Shown: piece after piece, positions 22,933 to 35,859 of the stretch
How positions within the stretch are numbered: the stretch's first letter is position 1
Layout: every line of letters starts with the position of its first letter
Origin: Vicugna vicugna
Taxonomy: Eukaryota
Length of the DNA: 64,000 nt
Assembly (NCBI GenBank): GCA_013265495.1
Contig: MU058384.1
Coordinates: 2,951,010-3,015,009, forward strand
Direction: 5' to 3'
Notes under the pieces: generated by a model
Seen by the model: the letters and a program-made list of their open reading frames with translations, nothing else
The model's database searches: none
Told to the model about the DNA's origin: nothing
Translations under genes and position numbers: made by a program

Positions 22933-24440
22933 TTAAAAACTCTGCTCCATGAAAGATGCTGTCAAGAGAATGAGAAGACAAGCCACAGAATGAAGGAAAA
23001 TATTTCATGAAGCATATCTGACAAAGAACTGTTATCCCACATATTCAAAGAACTTGTAAAACTCAACAATAAGAAAGGGAACAACCTGTTTCAATAATGG
23101 GCAAAAGACCTGAAAACAGGCATCTCACCGGTGATGATATATAGACGGCAAGAGAGCACATGAAAAGATACTCCACATCATATGTCATTAGCACAATGCA
23201 AATTAAAACACAAGGAGATATCATCACACGCCTATTAGAATAGCCCAAATCCAGAATCGTGACAACACCAAGTGTTAACAAGGATGTGGAGTAACAGGAA
23301 CTCATGCATTGCTGATGGGAGTGCAAAATGGTGCAGCCACTTTGGAAGACAGTTTGGTGGTGTCTTACAGAACTAAACATATTCTTACCATGTGAGACGT
23401 CATGTTTCTTTTCTCAAGGTATTTACCCAAATGATTTGAGAACTTATGTCCACAAAAAAATCTGCACACAGACATTTATAGTAGCTTTATTCATAACTGC
23501 CAAAACTTGGGAGAAACCAAGATGTCCTTTAGTATGTGAAAAGATCAATCAACCATGTGTATTAGTTTGTCTCAGCTGCTAAAGCAAAATACCACAGACG
23601 GTATGACTTAAATAACAGATTGTTTTCCCCACAATTCTGAAGGCTGGAAGATTGACATCAAAATATTGAAAAATTTGGTTACTGGTGAGAGATTTGTTCT
23701 TGGCTTACAGATGGCCACTTTCTTATTCTGCTTTTACATGGCCTTTTTTCTGTGTGCACTTGTCTCTTTTTCTTGTAAGAACACCAGTCTTACTGGATTA
23801 GGGCCCCATCTTCAACCTCATTTAGCATTCATTACCTCCCTAAAGGCCTTATCTCCAAATACAGTCCCATTGAGGGTCAGGAGTTCAATATATGAATTTG
23901 GGGGAGTGGACACAATTCAGTCCATAACACCGAGGTACCTTCAGACAATTGAATATTATTTAACATTGAAAAGAAATGAGCTATCAAGCCATGAAAAGAC
24001 CTGGGAGGACCTTCAATGTGCATTACTAAGAGAAAGAAGCCAAGCTGAAATGGCTACATTAGGTATGATTCCAATTACATGACACTCTGGAAAAGGCAAA
24101 ACTGTGAAGGCAGTGAAAGATCCGTGGTTGCTGCGGTTAGCGGGGAGGAAGGGATAAACAGGAGATTTTAGGCAGTGAAACTATCTGGTATGATACTATA
24201 ATGGTAGCTTAGGCATTGTTCATCAAAACCCATAGATTGTACATTGCTAGAGACGAACTATGGGCTCTGGATAACAATGATGTGTCAGTGTGGTCTCATC
24301 CATTGTAACAAAGGTACCACCTTGGTGGGGATGTTGATTGAGGGTAGGGGCAGGGGGACAGGGGAGCACACTCTACTTTTTGCTCAATTTTGCTGTGAAC
24401 CTAAAATGGCTCTAAAAGATAAAGTCTATTTAAAAGGAAA
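22933..24440 (+). mobile_element. L1MC1-like 3' portion (ORF2 end + 3'UTR)
   Basis: ORF2 peptide QPLWKTVW...GIYP...ALFITAKTW; end ttttgctgtgaacctaaaatggctctaaaagataaagtctatttaaaa. Confidence 0.88.
23558..23929 (-). mobile_element. MaLR solo LTR, MLT1A0-like, inside L1MC
   Basis: tgtattagtt...cacaattcagtccataaca; TSD-like ccatg/ccgag. Confidence 0.88.
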
Positions 24441-27400
24441 AGAAAATGTGTGACCACAGGTTCACAGGAACCTAACCCTGTATTTCTCCAGAAGCAATGG
24501 GCCAGTATTTGCTTCCTCAGTATCTGTGGTGATTTTATACAACAGACTGCAGTGAATCAGGAGAATTGACTAGATATAGTTCCTCTCTAGGCCAAAAGCC
24601 AGGAAGGGGCAAAGGGCACTCATCTGGCTATCTGCCTCCCTTCCTCCTTTTCTTTTCTATGCTCAGAAAAAGACAGCCCCCCTTCCCCACCACACACACT
24701 GCCCTTCACTCACCCACTTCCTGTTCTTGAAGTACCTCATGTAAAATTCTGGGATCTAGAGGGCCAGACAGGTTCATTGCTAAGCTAAAGACAGGGGGAC
24801 AATCTTTTCTCAAGGATTCAGGCAAGTTTGTAAAGCTGATGTTATGCTGCGAAATCCTGTTATGGAATTCCAGAAGGTGATTATTATCTTCTCTCTCCTT
24901 GGATTCCTTCTAGTAATCTCCCAATCTCCTCCTGCTGCCCTCTGCCTTCCTAACCTCTAGATAGTCCAGGCCAATGAAGAAAAAGTTGATGTCCTGGCAA
25001 ATCAAAAAGAGCAAAGTTTATGAATCATTGGTAACACGTTTTTCTCATTTTCCCTGAGTGCAGAGCTCTGGCCCTTGACAATGACGGGTGCTCCATCAGG
25101 GACCACACCTGAGCCAGGAGCAGTCAAGTAAGAACCAGCATGTGGTTGCCACACCCCCCAACTGCAGATGTTTATGTGTGTCTTTTCCTCTTCCTTCTTC
25201 CTCCTTCAATTGTCACATCTTAGTGATCGTGGAAGCACATAGCTTTGAGGATAAAACCCCCTCAGGTACGCAATCATCTTGGTGACACCTTTTCTATCCT
25301 TTTCTTGAGCGCCGTCCCCACCTCCCCACCATGAGCTACCAACTCTCAAGGAATCACACAGTTTTCAGGTTTTCATCAAATATCTTCACATCCTTTCATA
25401 ATATAGATGGCACTTGAGGAAGTGCCCCTAACAACTTGAATGAGAGACTGCACTCTGTAGGTTGAATTAAGAAATCAATTCCAGGCTGGAGAGGGTGGGT
25501 TCAAAGGACTACTAGGCTACCTCCTGCAAACATCAGCCCAACCCAAGGCCTGGGACCCGGGGGGTGGTAACTTGGGGAACAGTGCTATGTCTGACTCCAC
25601 TATTTGTTTTATTTCTCCTCAAGTGGATCTCTTGTTCTAAGAGTCCCAGAGAATGGGAGTTGTTCCTGTAAATACATCTTTTTAAACGTGCAAAAGAAAG
25701 AAAGAAAGAAAAGAACAGAAATCAGCACACCAGACCAGCACAGCCATGGAGAGCGACCCTACTGCATGAATGATCATCGGTAACCTTAAGGGAAAGGAGT
25801 CACATAACTAAAGAAAAAAGAAGTGTCAATCGGCAAAGGAGTTTATCAGCAAAGGACACAGAGGAAAAGGAGACACAAAGACGTGTGAAAAGAGGGTGTG
25901 TTATCAGTGGCTGTGTATTTGGTCTGCCCAGCACGTCAATCTCTAATATGAAGATGGAAATTACAGGTCATCAGAGCCCAATGCCATTGTGTCCTGACTA
26001 CCTTGGTTGTCACCCACGCTCACCAAGCAATTTGGTGATAACGTAGCTTGTCTAGAAGGAAAGAATGGTCTGCTCAGGCCATCCAGAATGCAAAATTCTA
26101 AAATAGCATTCTAGCTTTATACATCATTGTCTTCCGGGCTTTGTTTGAATGAGTCAGCAGCTGAAGTCTAGCCAACCCTGGGACACTTACAAAATCACTT
26201 CTGCGCCTACAGGTTTGTGAACAAGATTTGGGGAAGTAGTGGCTTCTCCAAGGAAAATGCTGAGTTGTGGGGTCTGTTTTGGGGGCGGGCCAGTCTCCAC
26301 ATCACTCTTTAAAACTTCTCCACCCTACTTAAGCCTGGTAGGGCTAAACACCAATTCTTGGGTAATGTGCAAGAATGATATTTCCTCTGCAAGATGGTTA
26401 TATTGCTTCTTGCTGCCAGTCTGGCTGGAAATACCCTGGGGGCCTTGTTATGCCACAACACAAACACTTCTGATGCTTGGGGAGACACAGCGCTCAAGAG
26501 TTTAACATTTGTAACACGTAGAGTAAATTCATTAAAAAATTTACCAATACTTTTACAACTTCAGGCAAAAAGTTTCTGGGGAGTTTGGGTTTAAGAGGAA
26601 CTGCTACCCCACTCCCACCCCTCCCACCCAGTTTCCCAGTCTAGCTCACACTGGGGGCTGCAGGCATGCTAGCAACGTGGGGTTTCTTTTCTGAGCCTTG
26701 TCAGATTGCCACGTATCGATGGGAACAGAGGTGGCATTAGTCAAGAGTAGGTTGAAATTGTTTCACTTCGAGAGGTAGCTGAAGCCACCATTTCTGCCAC
26801 CAGCTTAAACCTACAGATGAGTTTAAAATGTGCCCAAGATCTTGGTTGACTGCCTTGGTCATTTTCTAGCAATTTGTCTTCATCTCTGGACAGGTATCAG
26901 TGCCCTGAGTATTTTGCTCTGGTGCCACGAGGACACTTGTACAGAGAGCAGCCTGTTTTCATTCCTGAAAATAACGCATAATAACGCAGTGGTGCAAATG
27001 TTAACCACACATATCTTAAATAGGGTTTGGTTTGGAATGTGATTCTGCCCCTATAACAGACTATCACTCCTTTTGTTGGGGGAGGGGGTCGGTCTTCATT
27101 TGTTACCTGACTGAAGTCAGCTGCAGTCTCCCTAATGTGACTCTGGCCGTGGCATTTGACAGTTCTTCCCAGGGATCTTAGCTGACTGCTTCTTGCTTTA
27201 TACTGGAAGTTAGGACCCTATTACTTGGATTTCCTTTCCGGACCTAGGTGAAAATTCAATTCCATGAAACTTGTGAGATCACTGACAAAGGCTAAATTTT
27301 ATCTGCCTATCAACTGACGGTAAGCTCTGTGTCCTTATAAACAAAAAGTAGCATTTTCAAGGATATTATATCACAATTCCTAAATAGGAAATTTAGCACA

Positions 27401-28502
27401 GTCTGGAACCATTTTAATAATTGATGTTTGATGTACTAAACCACATTTTATTGGGCCAACAGTAGCTTCTAGTAAATTCTAAGTTTTACATTATCAATCT
27501 TTCAGCCACTAAAATGAGGAATTGACACACTGACCAACTTCTTTTTGTTCTGGGCTGGTTTTTGCTCTTTCTATTCTTGCTGCCAGTATCTCTGTTTTAA
27601 ATTTCAAGGATGGTCAAAAGGTCTACCAGTTATCTGTGCTTCCAAAGATGTGGGTTAGAATGGAGTTCCCTTCCCCTCTCCTCCCACTGCCCTCTCCCAT
27701 CAGTCACTCCAGCTCACTGTCAGGGCAACAGAAGGGGACTCTTATTTTGTGCTATCAATGAATATCTTATTTATAGGAAAATGTAAACATCATTGGGGAA
27801 AAATGACTGACAGTAACCCTATTATATTAAGTTCATATTGCTGCCACCTGCAATATCATTAATGTTTAGTCTGATAATTTTCTGGGGCAAGGAAACCCTC
27901 CTGTAATGTACCTAATGTACTATGCAGACAGGGGAATTTTTTTCCTGCTATATGAAGTACAGTATTTACTTATTCTTATTTTACTTAGCTACAAAATTTG
28001 TTCTTGTAAACTTGATGGGAATTTACATTTGTGAGAGATGGAACCTGTTTAATAAGATTCTAAAACAATACTAATTTGATCATTTCAAATCTAGGGTCCC
28101 CTATCAGATGCCTCTTAAGGGTTAAGTCTTTTTAAGTTTGATTTATTAAAACTATGAAACTTTATAAAGGCAACACAAGGAATTTTTTGAACATCTAAAT
28201 ATTTTCAAAACACACATGATTTTCACTGAATATTTGGCTCTGACAAATGAAATGATGTTACATGTTTTCAAGCTAAAGACTTAGCCAACAATACAGGTCA
28301 AAAAGAGTCCAAGATCTTTTCTTTGACAAGTAGATTTAAAAAATTTATTTCTGACTTTTGGCTTAGTTCAGAACTTGGTCAACATCTTTTGGCCAGCATT
28401 TCTGGGAGCAAAATAAATTCTACTGCAACTAAGAATGTACACTTGGGAGATGTGTATATATACATGTGTGTATATATATATATATATATTTGAACTTGGG
28501 TT

Positions 28503-28613
28503 ATATATAGAGAGAAAGAGAGATTTTTTAAATGGAGGTACTGGGCATTGAATGCATGACCTCATGCGTGTTAAGCACATACTCTACCACTGAGCTATAC
28601 CTGCCCCCACTCC
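28503..28613 (-). mobile_element. tRNA-Ala-derived SINE (camelid vic-1 type)
   Basis: Reverse complement GGTATAGCTCAGTGGTAGAGTATGTGCTTAACACGCATGAGGTC...CCCAGTACCTCCA plus A tail; TSD aacttgggtt at 28493-28502 and 28614-28623. Confidence 0.88.
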
Positions 28614-29229
28614 AACTTGGGTTTTAGATTAAACTTTATGGCCTTAAGTTTTTAGTCCCAATACGTAGGTCATTTGTCTGCCTTGTTATATCCAGTCTCA
28701 AGAAGGACATGTGGAACGGAGTTGGAAATTATTAAAATGAGCTCGGTTTGATGGGTCAGTCACAGGCCTCCGAAGTCAAGCTCAGATTCCAGCAGAAAGC
28801 TGCAGACCCACACGGGCCAGAGCCTCTTAGTCTAGGTCTCTGTACCGTTGGTCTGGCTTGTGTGACAGGCACACTCTCCACCTTAGACTCAGCCTCAGGC
28901 AGGGGGACTAGTGTTTCTCATATGACACAATGTCTCCCTAAACTTGGAACTTGGAAAAAAAAAAGCAGTTCATAGCTTTTTTGGTTGGAGAACTATTATG
29001 GAATATTTACGACTAGGTGTGATCAATTTGAATGACAAAATTTTATGAATCAAAGGAGTAGATGTTGTTTATCCTAGTTGAGCACTTAATCTCTATGTAA
29101 TTGGCAGCTTAAGAAAATTTGAGAAAACAAGCGTACGAAAACATGATGTTCTGTGACTTCTGCCAAACTCACTGGTGCATAACATGCCCAAGAAATAGCC
29201 CAAGTGAGTCCAGTCTTGGAATATCATAT

Positions 29230-29414
29230 ACAGTCATTTCTTGGTAACCACGGGGGTTGGTTCCAGGACCCCTGAAGTTACCAAAATCTGTGGAAGTTCA
29301 AGTCCCTTATTTAAATGGTGCAGTAAGGCTGGCCCTCTGTATCTGTGGGCCTCGTATCTGTGGATTCAACTACCCTGTGAATACTGAAGCTGTGGATACG
29401 GAGGGCTGACCATA
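29230..29414 (+). mobile_element. MER2/MER2B (Tigger family) DNA element
   Basis: tacagtc...gggggttggttccaggacccc...gtggatacggagggctgac. Confidence 0.85.
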
Positions 29415-30364
29415 CAACTACTACAAGAATTAGCTTGTGAAGAAGGTGTGTAAAGGAGTGGGATAGGTAGCTTCCGGGCTTTCCAAATGGTGCTACGTGC
29501 AAGAATGAACAGAAGCAAAACAGCAAAGTTGTGGGTGAGGCAGAGCCCAGGACAGTTTGCATGGCCCACACGTGCTGCCGCGTTGGAGGCAGGAACCGAT
29601 TTCCGGTGCTGGAGGAAGCACAGCCTTGACCACTGCCTTGGGACAGGATGCTGCTGGGCAGACGCTGCCTAGCCTGCTCCTTGGCATCTGTTTGCTGAGT
29701 GAGAAGTTTAGGCCCCGGAGAGATGACCAATGAAATGCAAATGGCCTGGTATCCTTTGCTCTGGGGCCAAGACTCAGAGAAAGCAGGGCTGTCTTTCAAA
29801 GCAGGAAACTGTTTGGGCATCATCGGGGACAGTTTTTGAGGTCCTGCTGCTTTCCATTCTGACTTCTGGTTGCTAGTGGCGGCCCCACATCCTCTCAAGC
29901 CGCAGGCTGTGGAGGAACTGCCTGCCGGCAGTAACTAGTTCAGACTGGGTCTGAATTCCCCCAGGAAGTACAGCACCGTGTGTGTTACCACCCATCAATA
30001 TGCCTGAAAGACATAGTTCCTGGGGGAAAAAAAAGCCCTGAGGAAGTAGGTGGCTTATTGTTTGGGAACTTGGAGAGAGTAATATACTGACTTTGTGGTA
30101 ATGCCATGGGCTGTAAATTACCCTTGGACAGAAAATATGTTTTCCTTCAGCTCTGGATTTGTCCAGGTATTTAATGCAGAGAACACAGAAGGCTGCAGCT
30201 TTCTTTGTCATTGACTGAATTTCTGTGCTGTAAATATGTCTATGAAAACGCTTCTGTCTGCTGGAAGAGAGGCACTTAGAAGAGTGAGAGAAAGCGAAGT
30301 GAAGGAGGGGGTGTTTCTTTGGGGCAGGATGGTGGGAGGCAGGAAAATGAACCATCAGCCCCAC

Positions 30365-30388
30365 CACACACACACACACACACACACA
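30365..30388. repeat. (CA)n microsatellite
   Basis: Direct observation. Confidence 0.95.
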
Positions 30389-31226
30389 ATATAAACACTA
30401 ACATGCATCCTTGTAAAAGTGTCCACCTCCCCTACACCACCATCGATACCCTTGGTTCATTGGGATCCAAAGTTACATGAACATATCCTTCAAACACACA
30501 GTTTGGTATCCCTCATAATTGTGACGATTATTATGTATTTGATTTGCACTAAAATGCACATGTGTTAAACGCAATGACTTTTCACCAATAGAGACACCCA
30601 AGTTACTGCCTTAACAAGACATGGACTGTTTCAATCCCCCTAAGAAGTTTCCTATGATCTTCTACAGTCCATCTCCCCATCTCACCACAGGCACCAGGAA
30701 ACCACTGATCTACCGTCAGTCACTATAGATCAGATTTGCCTGTTAAAGATTTTTAAATAAATAGAATTATATACAGTATGTACCTTTTTTTTTTGGCTTC
30801 TTTTACACACTGCATGGTGCTTTCAAAATGTTAGTGTTTGTGTTGCTGCATAAATTAGTAGTTCATTCCTTATATTGCAAAGTAATACTCCATTAAAATA
30901 GATGCACCACAATGTATTTATCCATTCACCTCCTGATGAACATTTGTGTTGTTTTCAGTCTGGGGCTATTATGAGATATGAACATTAGTATACCAGTCTT
31001 TGGATGAACATATATTTTCATTTCTTTTGAGTAAATATGTAGGAATAATATTGCTGGGTCATTTGATTTCACGGATTTTTCTCTGTTGTTTATGCACTTT
31101 TATTACATTAATTTCTGCTCTTTATGAGCTCCTTCCTTCTAATTCCTTTGGGTTCAATTTGCTCTTCTTTTTCTAGCTCGTAAGGTGAAAATTTAGATCA
31201 TCGAATTTGAGAATTTTCTCCTTTTG

Positions 31227-31322
31227 TTTCTCCCCTCCCTTAGTTGTGCTGAGATGTTATTAACATGTACATTGTAAGTTTAAAGTGTATAATGCAATAA
31301 TTGGACACATGTATGCATTGTA
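31227..31322 (-). mobile_element. Short L1 3' end nested in the older L1
   Basis: gagatgttattaacatgtacattgtaagtttaaagtgtataa; flanking direct repeat agaattttct at 31211 and 31323. Confidence 0.65.
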
Positions 31323-31411
31323 AGAATTTTCTTATTTTCTAATGTAAGCATACAAAACTACAAAAATCTTCCTTTAGGAGCACTTCCCTTCACCTCACAA
31401 ATTTTGATATA

Positions 31412-32554
31412 CAGACAGTCCTTGCTTTACACAATAGTGAAGCCATAAAAATGACCATGCCAACTGAAGTTATGCAAAGCAATCTTAATAATCAGTGGAA
31501 AAATGACAACTGTTCTGGGACCTTTAAAATTTTTTGTCATGACATTAAAAACTCTGTTATAAATGTATAGGAAAATGAAAAAATGGTAAAATTAATATTT
31601 ATTTAGCATATTGTAATTTAAAAACATTAGAAACATTAAAGTGTTTCAGTCTGGGGAAATGTTTTAAAGTTCTGGAGATGGATGGTGGTGATGGTTGCAC
31701 AACACTGTGAATGCACTTAATGACACTGTACTGCACACTTAAAAATGTTATAATGATAAATTTCATATTATGCGTATATTCCCACAATTTAAAAAAAAGC
31801 ATCAGGAGTAGTTTGAACAGTAGCTTGCTGCCTCTTCATCATATAATTTATGCTATGGATTGCACACTTTTTCTATGCCCCTGTGAATTGTTACTCTCAG
31901 AACTTTCTAAAGTTAGGTCAACATCCCACAATTTATCCTTTCCACATTCAATGGTTCAAAACATCTGACAGTTCCTTCAATGTCAAGTTTTTGCCAGTGT
32001 CACTTCCTCATTTATGCCAACTTCACCCAATTCCTCTGACTGCAAATCTAGAGTCTCTCAAACAGCAGTCATTTTAGCGACACACATGAGCTGTTTCTTC
32101 AGTAATTCCATTTGCATTTGATTCAAATTGTGCTTCCAAGATGATCACTTTTCATCTGTTTGGTGCACTTTCATCTTTGTTGGTCAGTTCCTTCTTTGGC
32201 TCACCCTTTTCTGTAAAATGTCATGTGATTTATTAGTGGCAGACAAGGAGGAAATAGCTCTACTCTATGTGTGTGAATTGAATAATAGATGTATAGCAGT
32301 GAATCACCACCAGATTTGGGGAGGAGTGATGTGATTGGTCACTGACCATGATGCTCATCTGTCATTTGCTCAGTGGTTCGTGGACTAATGAGCTCACAAT
32401 AAAGTTTATACCTTATAGAATCACTTAAACTTAGCATACTGTGGTAGTTGAAATGTGGTTACTGAAATTTGAGCCATGTTGATGGGGGAGTGGTGTTACA
32501 AATGGTCACTGAAATCTGTGCATAGTAGAACCTGTGCAAAGCAAGGATTGCCTG
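31412..32554 (+). mobile_element. Tigger6-like DNA transposon
   Basis: TA-flanked TIRs cagacagtccttgctttacaca / tgtgcaaagcaaggattgcctg. Confidence 0.85.
31640..31798 (+). mobile_element. L1MB-like 3' terminus inserted in Tigger6
   Basis: aaagttctggagatggatggtggtgatggttgcacaacactgtgaatgcacttaatg...ccacaatttaaaaaaaa. Confidence 0.88.
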
Positions 32555-34620
32555 TACTGTGTTTTCCTTGTGATCCATGAATTATTCAAAAGTATGCTTA
32601 ATTTCCAAATATTTGGAGATTTTTCAGATATCATTATTGTGTTGTATTTTAATTACATGCTGAGCAGAGGACATACTCTATACGATTTAAGTCCTTTTAA
32701 ATGTATTGAGATTTGTTTTGTGGTCTGGAATATGGCCTATGTTAGCTAATGTTCTATGTGCTCTTGACAAGAATGTACATCCGGCTGTTCCTGAGGGTAG
32801 CATTTTGTTACGTCAAGTGGCCTGATGGTGTTGTTAGGGTCCCATGGTCTTTACTGACTTTCTATTGACTTTTAAAAATCAGATACTGACAGGGAAATAT
32901 CTTCAACTGTAATCGTGGATTTGAGTTTTTTCTCCTCAATTTGTCAGGTTTTGTTTTACCTACTTTGAAACTCTATTATTAAATATATGTATATTTAGGG
33001 CTGTTATGTCACTTTAATAACCTGACCTTGTTATTGTTATGAAACGACCTTCTTAACCTGCGATAACATTCCTTTTCTTGATGCCCATTTGTCTGACATT
33101 AATATAGCTTTATTCTAGCTTTCTTGTGATTGGGGTTGACATAGTATAATTTCTCCTATCCTTTTACTTTTAATCTATTCTCGTCTTTATATTTAAGGGT
33201 ATTTTCCACAGTAGCTAGTACCAGGTCTTGCTTTTCATCTGGCAGTCTCTGTTTTAAATGAAGTGCATATAAATACAAAGTGTAAAGTCCAAATTTACAA
33301 TGGAGGCTACTTATATTTAGTGTAATTATTGAAATCCTCATTATGTTTATATTTTCCTTTAAATATGTGAACATATTTAAATAGCTGCTTGAAAATCCTT
33401 ATATGCAAATTCTATCACTTGTGCTGGCTCTGTTTCTACCGTTCCTCCTGGTTGTAGGATTTGTTGCTTTATTTTGCAGATCTAGTAATTTTTCACTGAA
33501 TGCCACATGTTACGAATGTTTTGCTATTGACTATTTGGATTTTGTTGTCTTCCTTTAAAGAGTGTTGAATATCATTCAGCAGGAGACTGAGTTACTTGCC
33601 ATAAGCTTGATCTGGAGACTAAATTTTAAACTCTGTTAGGAAGAGTCTAAAATCTTTTCTAGAGCACATTTAGCCTTACTTCTAAGGCATGACCCTCCCG
33701 TGGGCTCCACTGAGTGCACTGTGTATTCAGTGAGGCCTTTTCACTCATACTGGTAGCAACTGAACTATCTCGCAGATCTACATGAGCTCAGAAATTGTTC
33801 AGCTGAAAGTATGCAAGCAGTTATATTAATGGCAATCCAGCCTCCCACCTGCAGATTGGTATTCAGACACCGGGTGTTAGTGTTCAAGCCTAAGGGAATC
33901 CTTGAGCTCTTGTTTAACGTCTTCCTCTCTGAAACTCTGCCCTGCAAATGACGGATACCTCAGTCTCCCCAAACTCCTGTATCTGTGTCCTCCATTCAGG
34001 GGGATCGCTGAGCTCTGCCTAAGTTCTTCCTTCCTGTGGTTTGGAATTGCCTCCTTGAAGAAACCTGAAACAGTCAGAAGGCCACCTTGTCTGTTTCTCT
34101 TCTCTCCATGGCGTCTAATATTTACAGAAAAAAGTTCCTGCTCCTTTGTATACTGTGACTTTTATAGATTCATTTTTCCTCCCCAGTATTTTGGATTTTT
34201 TCCTCGGTAGTCTTCATATTATGAAGACCTGGGCCCAGGGAAGAACAGGACACAGGACAAAAGCAGTTGGAATAAAGCAGCTCTTTGCTCAGCTTTGAGT
34301 GAAGATGTTAAACTTTATTAGAAGACAAGAGTCTCGGAAATCGAGCTTTCAAGAGACAGAATTTTTTGAGAAATCTCACAGCTTGCTTTCTACACATTAA
34401 GATACTAAATTTTAGAGGGCTAACTGCAGATGTGGGAAGACTGTGGGATATGTGGAAGTCCCCTTCTCACGGAAGGAGAAAAGCCCTAAGGATGTTGGGT
34501 GAGGCGGTAAGACGGTGGAATGCCAAAAATAGAAGAGAATCTTCTGGCGTCTGCATCTGGGTCAGAACCTGGGGTGGAAGTGGGGAAGCAGAATGTAGAA
34601 TTATGAGGAAACAAGAGTGT

Positions 34621-34969
34621 GTTCCAGAACGCCACTGTCCTAGGGGCAGCGGGAGGGACTGCACGCATTCCAGAAGGGCGGGTGTTGGGCCTGGTGCTCC
34701 GCCTGCAGGGCGGGGTGGCTGAGGGAGGTGCTGAGGAAAGTGGGCCCCGCAGCAGCTGCAGCAAGCTCTGCACTGTCGGATGAGGCGAGTGCAGCACCCA
34801 GGTCCCAAGGCGCAGGAGCATGAAGTCACCCGCAGGGTCGTCTGATGCACCCTGATGATGCCTAGGAGATCACATCCCAGCACCGTCATAGACCTCGGCA
34901 CCGTGTGATCAGGCAGGTCGCACTGCATACCAGGAGAGTAGCCCATGTCCAGAGAGGACACAGGTGAGG
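34621..34969 (+). promoter_or_regulatory. CpG-enriched GC-rich patch with two GC boxes and a downstream splice donor (candidate promoter/first exon)
   Basis: GGGCGGG 34676-34682, GGGCGGGG 34708-34715, about 16 CpG in 300 bp by hand count, CAG|gtgagg at 34963. Confidence 0.35.
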
Positions 34970-35162
34970 GTCACCTTCCCTAACACAGGACCACTGTGCC
35001 TCCCCCAGAAACCTGGAAAAGAGCAAGTGAAGAGGGAGGTGGGGAAGAATCTCTAACTACATATTTACTTCCCCCAAAATTACATTTGAGCTGGTCAATG
35101 ATGGGCATAAAATATGTGCATCTGAATGAAAAAAAAAAGAATCACTGCATTGGGCTGAGTAC

Positions 35163-35743
35163 TGTGGAGAAGGAAAGACTCTTCCTCTACCCTCTTAGGT
35201 TCTGTAACCATGCCTGTGAATTAAACTGACAAAAGACAGATTTACAGAAGGAAAGTATACAAATTTTACTTGATGTTAATATTTTTACATGGCATAGGAA
35301 TCTTCATAGAAGAGAAACAAAGACTCAAAGAAACAACTAGGCTTGAGAGCTTATATACCATTTGAACAAAGATTAATAAATTGTGGAAATGTGACAATAT
35401 GAAGGAAAAAGAACTACCATACCTTCTAGGGATGGTAGATTGTGGGCAAGTGAATAGGAAGTATGTGAGGGACACTCATGGAAGAGAGGGTTATCTCAGT
35501 AAGGCTTGTTTGTACAGATTCATCTTGACATTGACTCCTCATCTCCAGTCATAAGAAAATTCACTCTGCCTGCTACAGTGAGGGAAGGGTTTTTTTTGTA
35601 GAAAATTTGTGACTTGTTTTTAGACAGAAAGGGGGAGGTCAGAGAATCTTTCCTAGATCTGCTGTTTCTCAATTGTCTTCAGCTCAAAATAATCAATATG
35701 CCAAAGTGAAATATTTTAGGGTGGCATATTCAGATCCTCTTCA
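35163..35743 (-). mobile_element. ERV1 solo LTR, MER34A-like
   Basis: TG...CA; TSD gtac/gtat; cagctcaaaataatcaatatgccaaagtg. Confidence 0.88.
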
Positions 35744-35859
35744 GTATATTGAATGATATGGAACAAGGTCTCCTCTAAGCAGAGCATGAGATTTATAGCA
35801 ACATTGAGTCAATATTAGAAATACAATCAGTTACATCTCTGCACATATCTGTTTTGGTT

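Larger units (their letters stand above)
22040..24574 (+). mobile_element. Tigger4 (Zombi) DNA transposon in pieces 22040-22388, 22780-22932 and ~24445-24574
   Basis: TA-cagtcagtcctcattat start; internal text nearly collinear with the copy at 53519-53973; end gagaattgactag. Confidence 0.85.
30520..34150 (-). mobile_element. Long degraded old L1 (L1MC/MD-like) with nested insertions
   Basis: Antisense 3'UTR 30520-31065 (tttatccattcacc...ctggggctattatg); ORF2 blocks 31070-31409 and 32557-33400 (cttaatttccaaatatttggagatttt; gacaagaatgtacatccggctgt). Confidence 0.75.

Noticed and set aside
28533..28608. tRNA-Ala-like gene
   Set aside because: Decayed B box and stems, A tail and TSD identify it as a SINE; same for 58170-58236
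29311..29898. 195-aa minus-strand ORF
   Set aside because: Runs into a MER2 element; no homology recognised
34909..34980. Ig-V-like peptide GKVTLTCVLSGHGLLSWY on the minus strand
   Set aside because: Stop six codons later, no second Cys/YYC motif, leader or RSS seen; likely chance
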